This document shows, in pieces, positions 18,831 through 28,062 of a stretch of DNA of 54,104 nucleotides (position 1 is the first letter of the stretch; each line of letters starts with the position of its first letter). Position numbers and translations under genes: made by a program. The DNA is from Planctomycetia bacterium (lineage in GTDB: Bacteria > Planctomycetota > Planctomycetia > Pirellulales > UBA1268): assembly GCA_009924545.1 (NCBI GenBank), contig RFRL01000002.1, forward strand, positions 1-54,104. The letters are read 5' to 3'. Below the pieces are notes generated by a model, which was given only the letters and a program-made list of their open reading frames with translations, did no database searches and was not told the DNA's origin.

Positions 18831-19982
18831 TCAGGCGAACTGTCGCCGCAGACCCCAGATGGCCGCCGCCACACCCAGACCGAGCACGTCGAGCGGCACC
18901 GGGATCGTGCGCTGGTTCACCCGGCGGACCACCTCCTGATACTCGGTGCCCCCGGCTTCGTGCGTGAAGCGCAGGTCTTCGGTGCCCGACGGCCAGGTGG
19001 GATCGTCGAAGGCCGTCAACCAGAGGTTGGCCGGCGGGTTCATGGCATGTTCGGGGAGCGAGCGGCCGATCAACGCCGCGAACGTTTCGGCCGCGATCGG
19101 TCGGGAGTAGCGGCACTGCGCCTGCGACCAGCCATGGGCGCCCTCGCCCTCGCCGAGCGTGCCGTTCGCCCGGCCGGGGATCACGACGAACGCACGCAGT
19201 AGCGCCGGTCTGGCCCCTCCGGCCGACGCCGCGCCGTCGCTGCCCTCGCCCACGGGAGCGCCGGCCAGATTGTCGGTGGGTACGCGGTAGGCGAACATCG
19301 GAATGTCGGTCTGGAACGACATCCGCACCCCGCCGGTCTCGATCCGCCCGGCACCACCGGCATAGCGGAAGGCGGTGATGATCCACCCCTTGGCGACGTA
19401 GGGTTCTGCCCACTCGCGCAGGGCGGGCCGCGACTCGAAACCGTTGGTCGCCAGCCAGTCGGTGAGCGCGGTGGCGTCGTCGGCCTCGAGGACGGCGACG
19501 TCGTACTGCCCGACGCGTTTCTGCTGGAGCACGCGCACGTCGCTCGTCGTTGCCGGCGCGGCAAGGCCGCGCATGGCAGGGTTCGCGAGGCGGAACGGCA
19601 TGAGGACCAGCGGCGTGGGGTCGGGCCGCCAGCGGTCGACTTCCTCGATCCGTGGCCGGATGAGGTCGTCGAGGGCAGGGAACACCGACTCGTCGGCCGT
19701 CGCGACCTCCGGTTCGGTCGGCGACGGCACGAGGAAGCCGAAGGCGTCGGCGGACGCCGCCTCACCGGAGGGCGCGGCTGCACGGAATCCCGCGGAGCGG
19801 ATGAAGTGCTCGGTGCGCGTCTCCGGATCCCACACGATGAGGATCCGCTGGTCGGCGATGCGCACCGGGCTCCCGAGCTTCGACGCGGGGCAGCAGGCCC
19901 TTGCCACCTGATGGACAGCCACCGTATGGATGGCCACGGCCACCATCAACGACGTGAACGTCGGTCGCCAGACCTTGCCCAT
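18831..19982 (-). CDS. Secreted/membrane-anchored DUF2330-like protein
   Basis: Signal-like N-terminus, ACCP motif, then ILIVWDPETRTEHFI and FGFLVPSPTEPEV. There is a C-terminal hydrophobic anchor LGLGVAAAIWGL. The family call is from memory of DUF2330 features. Confidence 0.5.
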   Translation of the reverse strand: MGKVWRPTFTSLMVAVAIHTVAVHQVARACCPASKLGSPVRIADQRILIVWDPETRTEHFIRSAGFRAAAPSGEAASADAFGFLVPSPTEPEVATADESVFPALDDLIRPRIEEVDRWRPDPTPLVLMPFRLANPAMRGLAAPATTSDVRVLQQKRVGQYDVAVLEADDATALTDWLATNGFESRPALREWAEPYVAKGWIITAFRYAGGAGRIETGGVRMSFQTDIPMFAYRVPTDNLAGAPVGEGSDGAASAGGARPALLRAFVVIPGRANGTLGEGEGAHGWSQAQCRYSRPIAAETFAALIGRSLPEHAMNPPANLWLTAFDDPTWPSGTEDLRFTHEAGGTEYQEVVRRVNQRTIPVPLDVLGLGVAAAIWGLRRQFA

Positions 19983-20166
19983 GGCTCATTGTCTCGAAGC
20001 TTCGCGTGGATTCGCGACCCCCTGACCGTGGATTGTAGCCCCGGTCGCCGTAACGCGATCCCTCCCTCCGGGTGGCCCGTTTTTGGTTTGTCGCGCCAGT
20101 CGCTGACAGAAATGCAAGGTCGTGGGTGGCCGTGTGACGATCACGGCACGGCCTGGTGCCGCCCCG

Positions 20167-21429
20167 TCAGTCGTCGCCAAGCAACTCGGGTCGGGGCCTG
20201 ATGAGCAGCACCAGGATCAACGACACGATGGCGCATGAGGCGAACCCCGCGAAGATCACCCCCAGGGGCACGCCGCGGTCGCGGAGCAGGCCGAAGCCCC
20301 AGTCGGCCAGTCCGCCGCAGGCGATGCTCACCATGTTCATCAGTCCGTAGCCGGTGGCCCGCTGCCGGGCGGGGGCGATCTGGCAGAGGATCGGCATGTT
20401 GTTGATGTCGAACAGTCCCCAGCCGAGCCCGAACACGACAAGCGCCGCGATCGCGGCGCCCAGGCTCCCACTCCCGTCGCCGAATGCCGTCGCGATGCCG
20501 AACAAGGCGGCGACGATCAGCGTCATCCCCAGGGCGCTGGTGTTGATCCGCCCGCGCGGTGTGACGCGCATCCACCGGTCGGCGAGCCACCCTCCGCCGG
20601 CCGCACCGACGATCGCCGCCAGTTGCCAGTAGAGCGTGGCCGACACGCCGGCCTGGCCCTGGCCGATCGCGAAGCGCTCCTTGAGAATCGCCGGCATCCA
20701 GTCGCGCACCACCCAGCCGGCGAGCGCCGGGAGGGTGAAGAACAGCACCAGGAGGATGAACGACGGGTTGACGATCAGGTCAAGGAGCGTGCGGAGCACC
20801 GACGTGTCGCCGCCGCTCGCCGCGGCCGGGGGCCGCCGGCCGTCGACGAGGAGTACCGCCAGGGGGAGGGCGTAGGCCATGCCGACGAAGCCGCAGATGT
20901 CGAACGCCATCCGCCAGCCGAGCCGGGGGTCGTCAGCGACGTAGCCGCCGAAGCCGCCGAGGATCACGCCGCAGTAGATCGCCATCTGGTGCAGCCCCAC
21001 CGCCCGGGAGCGCGTGGCGCTGCCGTGGTGGTCGGCGATGAGGGCCAGCGCCGCCGGGATGTAGCAGGCCTCGCTGATCCCCATCAGGGACCGGGCCCAG
21101 AGCAGTTCGTGGTAGCTGCCCACGTGTCCGGTCCACCAGGTGACGGCCGACCAGATGAACAGGCTGCCGCAGATCACCCAGCGCCGCCCGCAGCGGTCGG
21201 CGAGGAGGCCCCCCAGCGGGCTCACCGCCGCGTACACCCACTTGAACTGACCGAGCATGTAGCCCCAGTTTTCCTGCGAGCCGATCGACGGGATCGCCTC
21301 CATCACGGAGGTCTTCATGCTCGCCAGCAACTGCCGGTCGAGGTAGTTGAGCAGAGCCACCGGCCAGAGGAGGGCGACCACCAGCCACGCGGTCCGGAGG
21401 GGCGAGCGCGTGTCGGGAAGGAGGGCCAT
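20167..21429 (-). CDS. MFS transporter
   Basis: About 12 hydrophobic segments; LNYLDRQ near TM1 and LADRCGRR loop motif. The start MALLPDTRSP at 21429 is preferred over 21633. Confidence 0.8.
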   Translation of the reverse strand: MALLPDTRSPLRTAWLVVALLWPVALLNYLDRQLLASMKTSVMEAIPSIGSQENWGYMLGQFKWVYAAVSPLGGLLADRCGRRWVICGSLFIWSAVTWWTGHVGSYHELLWARSLMGISEACYIPAALALIADHHGSATRSRAVGLHQMAIYCGVILGGFGGYVADDPRLGWRMAFDICGFVGMAYALPLAVLLVDGRRPPAAASGGDTSVLRTLLDLIVNPSFILLVLFFTLPALAGWVVRDWMPAILKERFAIGQGQAGVSATLYWQLAAIVGAAGGGWLADRWMRVTPRGRINTSALGMTLIVAALFGIATAFGDGSGSLGAAIAALVVFGLGWGLFDINNMPILCQIAPARQRATGYGLMNMVSIACGGLADWGFGLLRDRGVPLGVIFAGFASCAIVSLILVLLIRPRPELLGDD

Positions 21430-21527
21430 GGAGAGCTCAGCCGTGGGGATCGAGCAGTGCGGCGAGAGGGGGCATCGGTAACGCATCACGGGATCGTGCG
21501 GGGAAGCATGCCTGGGGACAGCGTGGT

Positions 21528-22313
21528 TCACGGTGCGACGGCGAGGTCGAGGCAGCGGAGCCAGAAGGGGGCGTAGCTGCGCCAGAACACCATGTTGCAG
21601 CCCCAGTGGGGGGCGGGATCGGACGTGTAGCACACCACCCGCCCCGCCCCGACCCGCCCGGTGACCAGCAGCGGGTCACCGGTCGGCGCCAGTTCGAGAA
21701 GGACTTCCCCCCCGGTGACCGCCCGGACCTGGTTGTAGCCGAGGATCGGCGGGCAGTCGTCGAGGTCGATGCCGGCGAAGGCGGCGCGGCCGGCGGCGGT
21801 GACCCGCGGCTGGTAGCCCTCGGTGCTCTCCACGAGATCTTCGTGGTCAAGGCACGTCACCGGCATCACCTCCCTGAGCAGCGTGCGGCCCCAGCCCCCC
21901 TTGCCCTGCTCGCCGGTGAACGAGTACCAGCCGCCGAGGAGCAAGAGCCCCTTCCCCTGGCGCACCGCGTCGATCGTGAGCCGGACGCGGTCGGGGAAGG
22001 TGAGGACCCCGTGACCGAATTTCTGCCGGTCGAAGAAGCTCGGCGCCAGCTGGAAGAGCTTCCCCTCCACGTCGCTGAACACGATCACGTCGTGGGTGGC
22101 GAGCACCTCCTCGTAGCGGCCCGGTCCGAGCTTGTAGAAGTCCCAGGCGGGGACGCTCGTCACGGTGTGGGCACCGGTCGATTCGAGGGCGCTTTTGAGC
22201 CAATGGCCGTAGTTGACGACCTCCAGCCCCTTCATCGCGTTCTGGAACGGGGTCTCGGCGAACCACGGGCCCGTGAGCACCGCCCAGTCACCGACGTAGT
22301 AGATCCGCGCCAT
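21528..22313 (-). CDS. Putative class-I glutamine amidotransferase-like protein (GATase1_like / DUF1355 type)
   Basis: MARIYYVGDW start. LLLLGGWYSFTGEQGKGGWGRTLLREVMPVTCL and GRVVCYTSDPAPHWGCNMVFW match my recollection of this family. It lies upstream of the MFS gene on the same strand. Confidence 0.6.
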   Translation of the reverse strand: MARIYYVGDWAVLTGPWFAETPFQNAMKGLEVVNYGHWLKSALESTGAHTVTSVPAWDFYKLGPGRYEEVLATHDVIVFSDVEGKLFQLAPSFFDRQKFGHGVLTFPDRVRLTIDAVRQGKGLLLLGGWYSFTGEQGKGGWGRTLLREVMPVTCLDHEDLVESTEGYQPRVTAAGRAAFAGIDLDDCPPILGYNQVRAVTGGEVLLELAPTGDPLLVTGRVGAGRVVCYTSDPAPHWGCNMVFWRSYAPFWLRCLDLAVAP

Positions 22314-22431
22314 GCCCGCCCCTCCGCTGTCGACACGCCCCGCGGATGCCAGGCCGCGCGTCGCTGGTCGCACGATGTCTTCGGGGATGGTACCGAAAAA
22401 CGGGCCATGCAGCCGCCTCCGGATCGGATGC

Positions 22432-22581
22432 CTGCTCAGCCGTGGCGCGGGACGTTGACGCCGTGGCCACCCGGGCCATCCACTGCTCAGCCGTGGCGCG
22501 GGACGTTGACGCCGTGGCCACCCGGGCCATCCAGGCCGGTGGGCTGCTCAGCCGTGGCGCGGGACGTTGACGCCGTGGCCA
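22432..22581. repeat. Triplicated 3' end of cdd: two perfect 51-bp copies plus the genic copy
   Basis: Copy A (22432-22482) and copy B (22483-22533) are identical: ctgctcagccgtggcgcgggacgttgacgccgtggccacccgggccatcca. After a 10-nt spacer, copy C (22544-22581) shares the first 38 nt and encodes GHGVNVPRHG* of cdd on the minus strand. Confidence 0.9.
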
Positions 22582-22982
22582 AACGGCCGGGGGAGGAAGT
22601 CGGCCAGTTGGAAGGTGCCTCCGCCGTCGATGAGGATCACGGTGTCGGGCGACCCGAACTCGTGGAGAACCTGGAGGCAGGCCCCGCAGGGGACGATCCC
22701 GGTGACGAGCCCGCCCTCCCGGTCGCGGCAGGTGAGGGCCAGCCTCACCAACCGGCGCTGACCCGCCACCACACCGCTGCACACCGCCGTCCGCTCCGCA
22801 CAGATTGTCAGGCCGTAGGATCCGTTCTCGATGTTCGCCCCGCGGAACACGCCCCCCTCGGCAAACTCCGCCGCCGCGCCCACACGCCACCCGGAGTAGG
22901 GGGAATAGGCTACGTCGGCGCCGAGCCTGGCCTCGGCCAACAAGTCGCCCGCGGAACGGGCCGGCGTGGATGGTGAGGGCAT
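22548..22982 (-). CDS. cdd: Cytidine deaminase
   Basis: Zinc motifs CAERTA and PCGACLQ in a 144-aa product starting MPSPSTP at 22982. The 336-aa track ORF is an upstream run-on. Confidence 0.85.
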   Translation of the reverse strand: MPSPSTPARSAGDLLAEARLGADVAYSPYSGWRVGAAAEFAEGGVFRGANIENGSYGLTICAERTAVCSGVVAGQRRLVRLALTCRDREGGLVTGIVPCGACLQVLHEFGSPDTVILIDGGGTFQLADFLPRPFGHGVNVPRHG

Positions 22983-23101
22983 GATGGCGCGGCGTGTGGG
23001 TTGGGGCCGGTGGGGATCGCCGGCGGGGAACCTGACGATTATCATCCGCCGGCGGCGCGAGACAGCAGCGGTCCGGCAGTGGCGGACCAGGGGAGCATGC
23101 C

Positions 23102-23740
23102 ATGCAGGGCGTCCACGTGTCGACCCATCCGCTCGTGGCCCACCACGTGGCGCGGTTGCGTGATCCGGCCACGCGGCCGCCGGAGTTCCGCCGCCTCGTC
23201 CGGCTCCTTGCGGTTCTCCTCGGCCATGAGGCCACCGTCTCCGTGCCGACGTGCGATGTGCCGGTGCCCACCCCGCTGGCCACGGCGCCCGGCCGGCGGC
23301 TGGCGGACCGGATCGCCGTCGTGCCCATCCTCCGCGCGGGTCTGGGCATGGCCGACGGACTCCTCGACCTGCTCCCCGACGCCGAGGTGTGGCACGTCGG
23401 CCTGTCACGCGACGAGACCACGCTCCAGCCCCAGGAGTACTACAACCGGCTGCCGGCGCGGTGTGCCGCGACGCTGGCCGTGGTCGCCGATCCGATGCTC
23501 GCCACCGGCGGTTCGGCGGTGCGGACCTGCGAGATCCTCCGTGCGGCGGGTATCTCACGGATCATCTACCTCGCCCTGATCGCGGCCCCCGAGGGGGTGT
23601 CGCGGCTCCGCGCCAGTATGCCGGAGGTGGTGATCCACGTCGCTGCCCTCGACGCGGGGCTCAACGCCGTGGGCTTCATCATGCCGGGGCTCGGCGATGC
23701 CGGCGACCGGCAGTTCGGCACCCTTCCCGAGCACCCCTGA
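23102..23740 (+). CDS. upp: Uracil phosphoribosyltransferase
   Basis: HPLVAHHVARLRD N-terminus, PRPP loop VVADPMLATGGSAV, and C-terminal PGLGDAGDRQFGT. Confidence 0.9.
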   Translation: MQGVHVSTHPLVAHHVARLRDPATRPPEFRRLVRLLAVLLGHEATVSVPTCDVPVPTPLATAPGRRLADRIAVVPILRAGLGMADGLLDLLPDAEVWHVGLSRDETTLQPQEYYNRLPARCAATLAVVADPMLATGGSAVRTCEILRAAGISRIIYLALIAAPEGVSRLRASMPEVVIHVAALDAGLNAVGFIMPGLGDAGDRQFGTLPEHP

Positions 23741-23764
23741 ACCGCTTGTCCGGGAGGCCCCGCC

Positions 23765-25090
23765 GTGCGCGCCGTCGATCTGATCCGCCGCAAACGCGAC
23801 GGGGGCCGGCTGACGCCTGCTGAAATCGGCTTTCTCGTCGACGGCATCGCCGACTACACGGTGCCCGACTACCAGTGGTCGGCATTCCTCATGGCGGTGG
23901 TGTGGCGCGGGATGGATCCCGTGGAGACGCGGGCCCTCGTCGAGGCGATGCTCGAATCGGGGTCGGTGATCGACCTCTCCGCGATCCCCGGCCCGAAGAT
24001 CGACAAACACTCCACCGGTGGTGTCGGCGACACCACGAGCCTGATCCTCGCCCCGGTCGCCGCCGCCTGTGGCGTGACGGTGCCGATGGTCTCGGGGCGC
24101 GGCCTGGGGCACACCGGGGGCACGCTCGACAAGCTGGAAAGCATCCCCGGATTCCGGGTCGATCTGCCACTGGGCGACTACCGGCGCATCGCCCGGGACT
24201 GCGGGCTCGTGCTCATCGGGCAGACCGACGAGATCGCCCCCGCCGACCGCTTCCTCTACGCGCTGCGCGATGCCACTGCCACGGTGGAGTCGATCCCGCT
24301 GATCACCGCCTCGATCCTCTCCAAGAAGCTCGCCGAAGGGATCGACGGCCTGGTGCTCGACGTGAAGACGGGGGACGGGGCCTTCATGCGCCGGCGCGAG
24401 GATGCCGAGGCCCTCGCCCACAGCATGGTGGAGATCGGTGGTTCCATGGGCAAGCCGGTGCGCGTCCTCCTCACGACGATGGACGAGCCACTGGGCACCT
24501 CCGTGGGCAACGCCCTGGAGGTACGCGCGGCGGTGGAGGGGCTCGCGGGCACGCGGCGCGACGCCATGACCGAGCTGTCGCTCGAACTGGCCGCCGAGAT
24601 GCTCCTCCTCGGCGGTGTGGCAGCCGAGCGCGGGGCGGCCCTCGAGCGCTGCCGGGGGGCGATCGCCGATGGCTCGGCGCTCGAGCGCTTCCGCCGTGTG
24701 ATCGCCGCCCAGGGGGGCGATCCGCGGGTCTGCGACGATCCCGTGCGGGTGCTGCCGCGGGCGCCGTGCGTCGCCCCCTTCGTGGCCCCGCGCTCGGGGT
24801 GGCTGCGGCAGTTCCGCGCCTGGTCGGTGGGGCAGGCCTCGATGCTGCTCGGCGCGGGGCGGGCGACGGTGACGGACGCGATCGACCAGGCTGCGGGGAT
24901 CGAGATCCTCCGCCGCGTCGGTGCCAGCGTCACCGTCGGCGAGCCGCTCGCCGAACTTCACTTCCGTCCCGAACGCGGCGCCGCCCTCCCCGCGGCCCTG
25001 GAGTTGCTCGCGTCCGCCGTGGAGATCGGTGACGAGGCTCCGGCCAGTCCCCCGGCGACGCGGATCCTAAACCGCTTCGGCGCGACCTGA
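23765..25090 (+). CDS. deoA: Thymidine / pyrimidine-nucleoside phosphorylase
   Basis: MRAVDLIRRKRDG..L N-terminus, DKHSTGGVGD phosphate-binding motif, 441 aa. GTG start 24 nt after upp. Confidence 0.9.
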   Translation: MRAVDLIRRKRDGGRLTPAEIGFLVDGIADYTVPDYQWSAFLMAVVWRGMDPVETRALVEAMLESGSVIDLSAIPGPKIDKHSTGGVGDTTSLILAPVAAACGVTVPMVSGRGLGHTGGTLDKLESIPGFRVDLPLGDYRRIARDCGLVLIGQTDEIAPADRFLYALRDATATVESIPLITASILSKKLAEGIDGLVLDVKTGDGAFMRRREDAEALAHSMVEIGGSMGKPVRVLLTTMDEPLGTSVGNALEVRAAVEGLAGTRRDAMTELSLELAAEMLLLGGVAAERGAALERCRGAIADGSALERFRRVIAAQGGDPRVCDDPVRVLPRAPCVAPFVAPRSGWLRQFRAWSVGQASMLLGAGRATVTDAIDQAAGIEILRRVGASVTVGEPLAELHFRPERGAALPAALELLASAVEIGDEAPASPPATRILNRFGAT

Positions 25091-25105
25091 ACCGCCGGCC
25101 GCCGG

Positions 25106-26443
25106 TCAGTACTTCTGGATCATGTCGAAGCCGAGCATGAGCTGATCGTCGCTGGCCCCATCGTTGAACGGCCGCCGCGGCTGGCCGTCGGGACCGCCGA
25201 AGAAGTCCCAGCGGAGCGCCGGCCGCATGAGGAAGTTGCCCGTCGGCACCCAGTTGGGGCCGATGGTGAGCGAGTAGTAGTTGCCAGGCAGGGGGACGTG
25301 ATTGGGGTTGCTCGGCCGGTTGAGGCCGACGCGCGTGCCGTCGGTGTCCTGGAACCACTCGAAGCGCACGCCCCAGCGCCACGTCTCGCTCACCTTCCAG
25401 TAGAGGTACTGGTCGATGCCGGTCCACAGCGCCGTGCCCCCGCCGACGAGACCATCGGCTTGGGTGCCGAGCCACTGGTGGAAGACGTACTCGACGCTGC
25501 TGGTGGGCCGGGCCTCGAAGATCAAGCTGTAGCGTGTCCGGTTGGCGGAGATCAGCGGCGGTTGCGGCTGGAAGAAGGGGGAGAAGTCGCTGGCTTCGTC
25601 ACCGGTGACGATGGCGAACTGAGCAGCTCCGGAATTGTCGTCGTTCTTGAGCCGCACGCGGCCGAGGAAGTTGGCCTTGCTGTAGGGGCTCGCCAACCCG
25701 TTCCAGCCGTTGACCAGCCCGCCGTTGATCTCGAGATTGTCGGTGGCACGCCAGTTGACGAGACCGCCCCAGTGGGTGAAGGGCCCGGCGAACTGGTAGC
25801 TGTAGGCCTTCATGTAGAAAAAGTTGCCGACGGCCGGCACCCCCTCGTAGCCCACCAGCGAGTAGAAGTGGCCGAGCTTGATGTTGAGGTCGCGGCTTCC
25901 CACCTCGCCGTAGAGCTGCGGGATGGCGAGACCGTAGTACTCGCCGCTGTTCCAGTCGCGAGTGCCCGGGTTGACCTCCCAGCCCTGCGACATCGCCAGG
26001 GGGAAGTCCTCGCCGTAGAGGACGTCGGTCCGGGCGCCGATGCCCACGCCCTCCTCGGGCAGGAGGCGCTCGCCGATGAGGTAGACCTGGTTGGCCATCG
26101 GCTCGTTGGCCCTGTCGACGGCGTTGTAGGGGCCGTTGAACTTGCTCGCCGGGTTGCCGAAGTTGCCGACGAAGCCGCCGTCGAGCCAGCCGTACACGCC
26201 ACCACGGTCCGGCTCGCCGAACAGGAACCAGTCCTGCCCCGACGGGATCACCCCTTCCGACACCTCGTCGACGAGGACCGGGTCGAAGCGCTCGAAGGCA
26301 CCCACCTGACCAGGCTGGGCGACGAAGTCGCTTTCCTGCGCCGCCAGGTCGGCTGCCAGCGTCACCGATCCCAGGAGTGCCGCCAGAACCCGTCCCGCCA
26401 TCCGCTGTGCTCGTGGCATCGCCCGCTCTCCGCCGTTCGGCAT
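25106..26443 (-). CDS. Outer-membrane beta-barrel porin (BBP2-like)
   Basis: Signal-like MAGRVLAALLGSVTLAADLAAQ, alternating aromatic/Gly-rich strands, and a C-terminal ..GFDMIQKY ending in an aromatic residue. The start is ambiguous (26443, 26419 or 26401). Confidence 0.6.
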   Translation of the reverse strand: MPNGGERAMPRAQRMAGRVLAALLGSVTLAADLAAQESDFVAQPGQVGAFERFDPVLVDEVSEGVIPSGQDWFLFGEPDRGGVYGWLDGGFVGNFGNPASKFNGPYNAVDRANEPMANQVYLIGERLLPEEGVGIGARTDVLYGEDFPLAMSQGWEVNPGTRDWNSGEYYGLAIPQLYGEVGSRDLNIKLGHFYSLVGYEGVPAVGNFFYMKAYSYQFAGPFTHWGGLVNWRATDNLEINGGLVNGWNGLASPYSKANFLGRVRLKNDDNSGAAQFAIVTGDEASDFSPFFQPQPPLISANRTRYSLIFEARPTSSVEYVFHQWLGTQADGLVGGGTALWTGIDQYLYWKVSETWRWGVRFEWFQDTDGTRVGLNRPSNPNHVPLPGNYYSLTIGPNWVPTGNFLMRPALRWDFFGGPDGQPRRPFNDGASDDQLMLGFDMIQKY

Positions 26444-26764
26444 GGTGCGTCACGTTCGTCCAGCCGCGCCGCCCGCTGCCGGATCATCCCGTGCCGTCGG
26501 AGAACAGATCGACGCGGTCGGGAGCGGAACGTTGGGTGCCCGTGCGGGTGGCGCAACGGTCATTCCCTGCCCACCCGGAATGCGGAGCCGGCATTTCCTT
26601 CCTCCATTCCGCACCACCCTTCCATCCGGAGCGGCGCTGCCCCGGATGGTGGAGCCGGGGCCGGGAATGCCGTTTCGGGTGAGCGATCGGTCTGGATGGA
26701 TTGTGAATGTTCAAGCCGCAGGGTGTGGCGTCCGATCGCATCACCAGTGATGGAAGGAGGGGCG

Positions 26765-28009
26765 ATGACGGGCCGTGTGATGCCAGGCAAGCGGGGGTGG
26801 TGTGGGATGGCCTGCGCCGTGCTCCTCATGGCCGCGGGGCCGGCCCGGGGCCAGTCGTTCGGCGTCGATCTGCGGAACACGCTCATGCCCGCCTCGGGGG
26901 GCATGGCGGGCACGAGCGTGGCGGCACCCCAGGACTTCCTCTCCGCCATCAACGCCAATCCGGCGGCCCTGACGCAGTACGAGGGCACGCACTTCAGCAT
27001 CGGTGGCGGTTTCGTGGAGGCCACGGCAAACCTCACCCAGACCGCCCCGGTGCGCCTGCTCGGTGTCGAGCCGTTCTCCGCCAAGAGCAGCACCCCGGGG
27101 GCGATCGTGCCGGCCATCGGTGTCGCCCAGGAACTCGATCAACTCCCCCTCCCGACCACGGTGGGGCTGGCCCTCGTCGGGGCGGCGGGAGCGGGCACGA
27201 GCTACGTGGGCCAGCCCGCCAGCAACGGTACGTCGTCGTACCTCCTGGTGCTCGAGTTCGCCCCCAGTGTCGCCGTCGCCCTCACCGACCGGCTCTCGCT
27301 CGGCGGGACGCTGTTCATCGGCGATGCCTACGCCTCGGGACCGTTCGTCGGCCGGAGCACGATGACCAACGCCTACGCGCTGCGCGGTGGCGTGGGGCTC
27401 GACTACCGGATCGGCGACGCGACCTGGCTCGGTGCCTACTACCAATCGACCCAGGCCTTCCGCTTCCAGGACCAAGTCGTGCTCTTCCAGCAGGCGGGGC
27501 CGCGCGACGTGGACATCGGCCTCCCCCAGCAGGTCGGCGTCGGGATCGCCAACTCCAGCCTCCTCGACGGCCGGCTCCTGCTCGCGGCCGACGCCCTGTA
27601 TCTCGATTGGGACAGCGCCGCCCTGTTCCAGAGCCTCTACCAGGGGCAGTGGGTGATGCAGCTCGGGGCCCAGTACCGGGTCAACGATCGGCTCACGACG
27701 CGCGTTGGCTACGCCCTCGCCGGCAATCCGATCGACCACACCGTTGGCTCGCGGATCGGCCCTGTCGAAGTGCCCGGAGGGATCCCGGCGGTGAAGTACC
27801 TCCAGTCGCAGTACGCCGTCGTCAACCAGCACCGCTTCACCGCCGGCCTGGGGTTCGCCGACGTGTTGCCGGGGATCGACTTCGACGGCTTCGCCGGCGG
27901 GATGTTCCCCGAGTCCGAGCAGCTCGGCGCCACCACCTTCACGAGCCTGGCGAGCTGGTGGATCGGCCTGGGGTTCACCTGGCACTACGACCGGGCCCGC
28001 GGTCGGTGA
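26765..28009 (+). CDS. FadL/OMPP1/TodX-family outer-membrane transport protein
   Basis: AAGGAGG lies 5-6 nt upstream of the ATG. Signal-like ACAVLLMAAGPARGQ, N-terminal hatch-like GGMAGTSVAAPQDFLSAINANPAAL, beta-strand periodicity, and ending GLGFTWHY. Confidence 0.65.
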   Translation: MTGRVMPGKRGWCGMACAVLLMAAGPARGQSFGVDLRNTLMPASGGMAGTSVAAPQDFLSAINANPAALTQYEGTHFSIGGGFVEATANLTQTAPVRLLGVEPFSAKSSTPGAIVPAIGVAQELDQLPLPTTVGLALVGAAGAGTSYVGQPASNGTSSYLLVLEFAPSVAVALTDRLSLGGTLFIGDAYASGPFVGRSTMTNAYALRGGVGLDYRIGDATWLGAYYQSTQAFRFQDQVVLFQQAGPRDVDIGLPQQVGVGIANSSLLDGRLLLAADALYLDWDSAALFQSLYQGQWVMQLGAQYRVNDRLTTRVGYALAGNPIDHTVGSRIGPVEVPGGIPAVKYLQSQYAVVNQHRFTAGLGFADVLPGIDFDGFAGGMFPESEQLGATTFTSLASWWIGLGFTWHYDRARGR

Positions 28010-28062
28010 GCGGGGAGGTGTGTGCGGCCCTGGCGTTGGGATCCACGGTGGGCGGGATACCG

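Noticed and set aside
20127-20147. Hairpin GCCGTG-N7-CACGGC downstream of the MFS gene as a terminator
   Set aside because: The stem is a short 6 bp without a U-tract on the relevant strand, which is too weak to annotate.
22432-22581. Possible CRISPR array
   Set aside because: There are only three copies, directly abutting or separated by 10 nt, with no unique spacers. One copy is the coding 3' end of cdd. No cas genes are present.
25298-28009. 903-aa ORF, and the 1030-aa ORF 26707-29799
   Set aside because: Their N-terminal parts are antisense or out-of-frame readings over the porin and FadL-like genes. Only the segments starting at 26765, 28063 and 29053 have signal peptides, an SD and protein-like composition.
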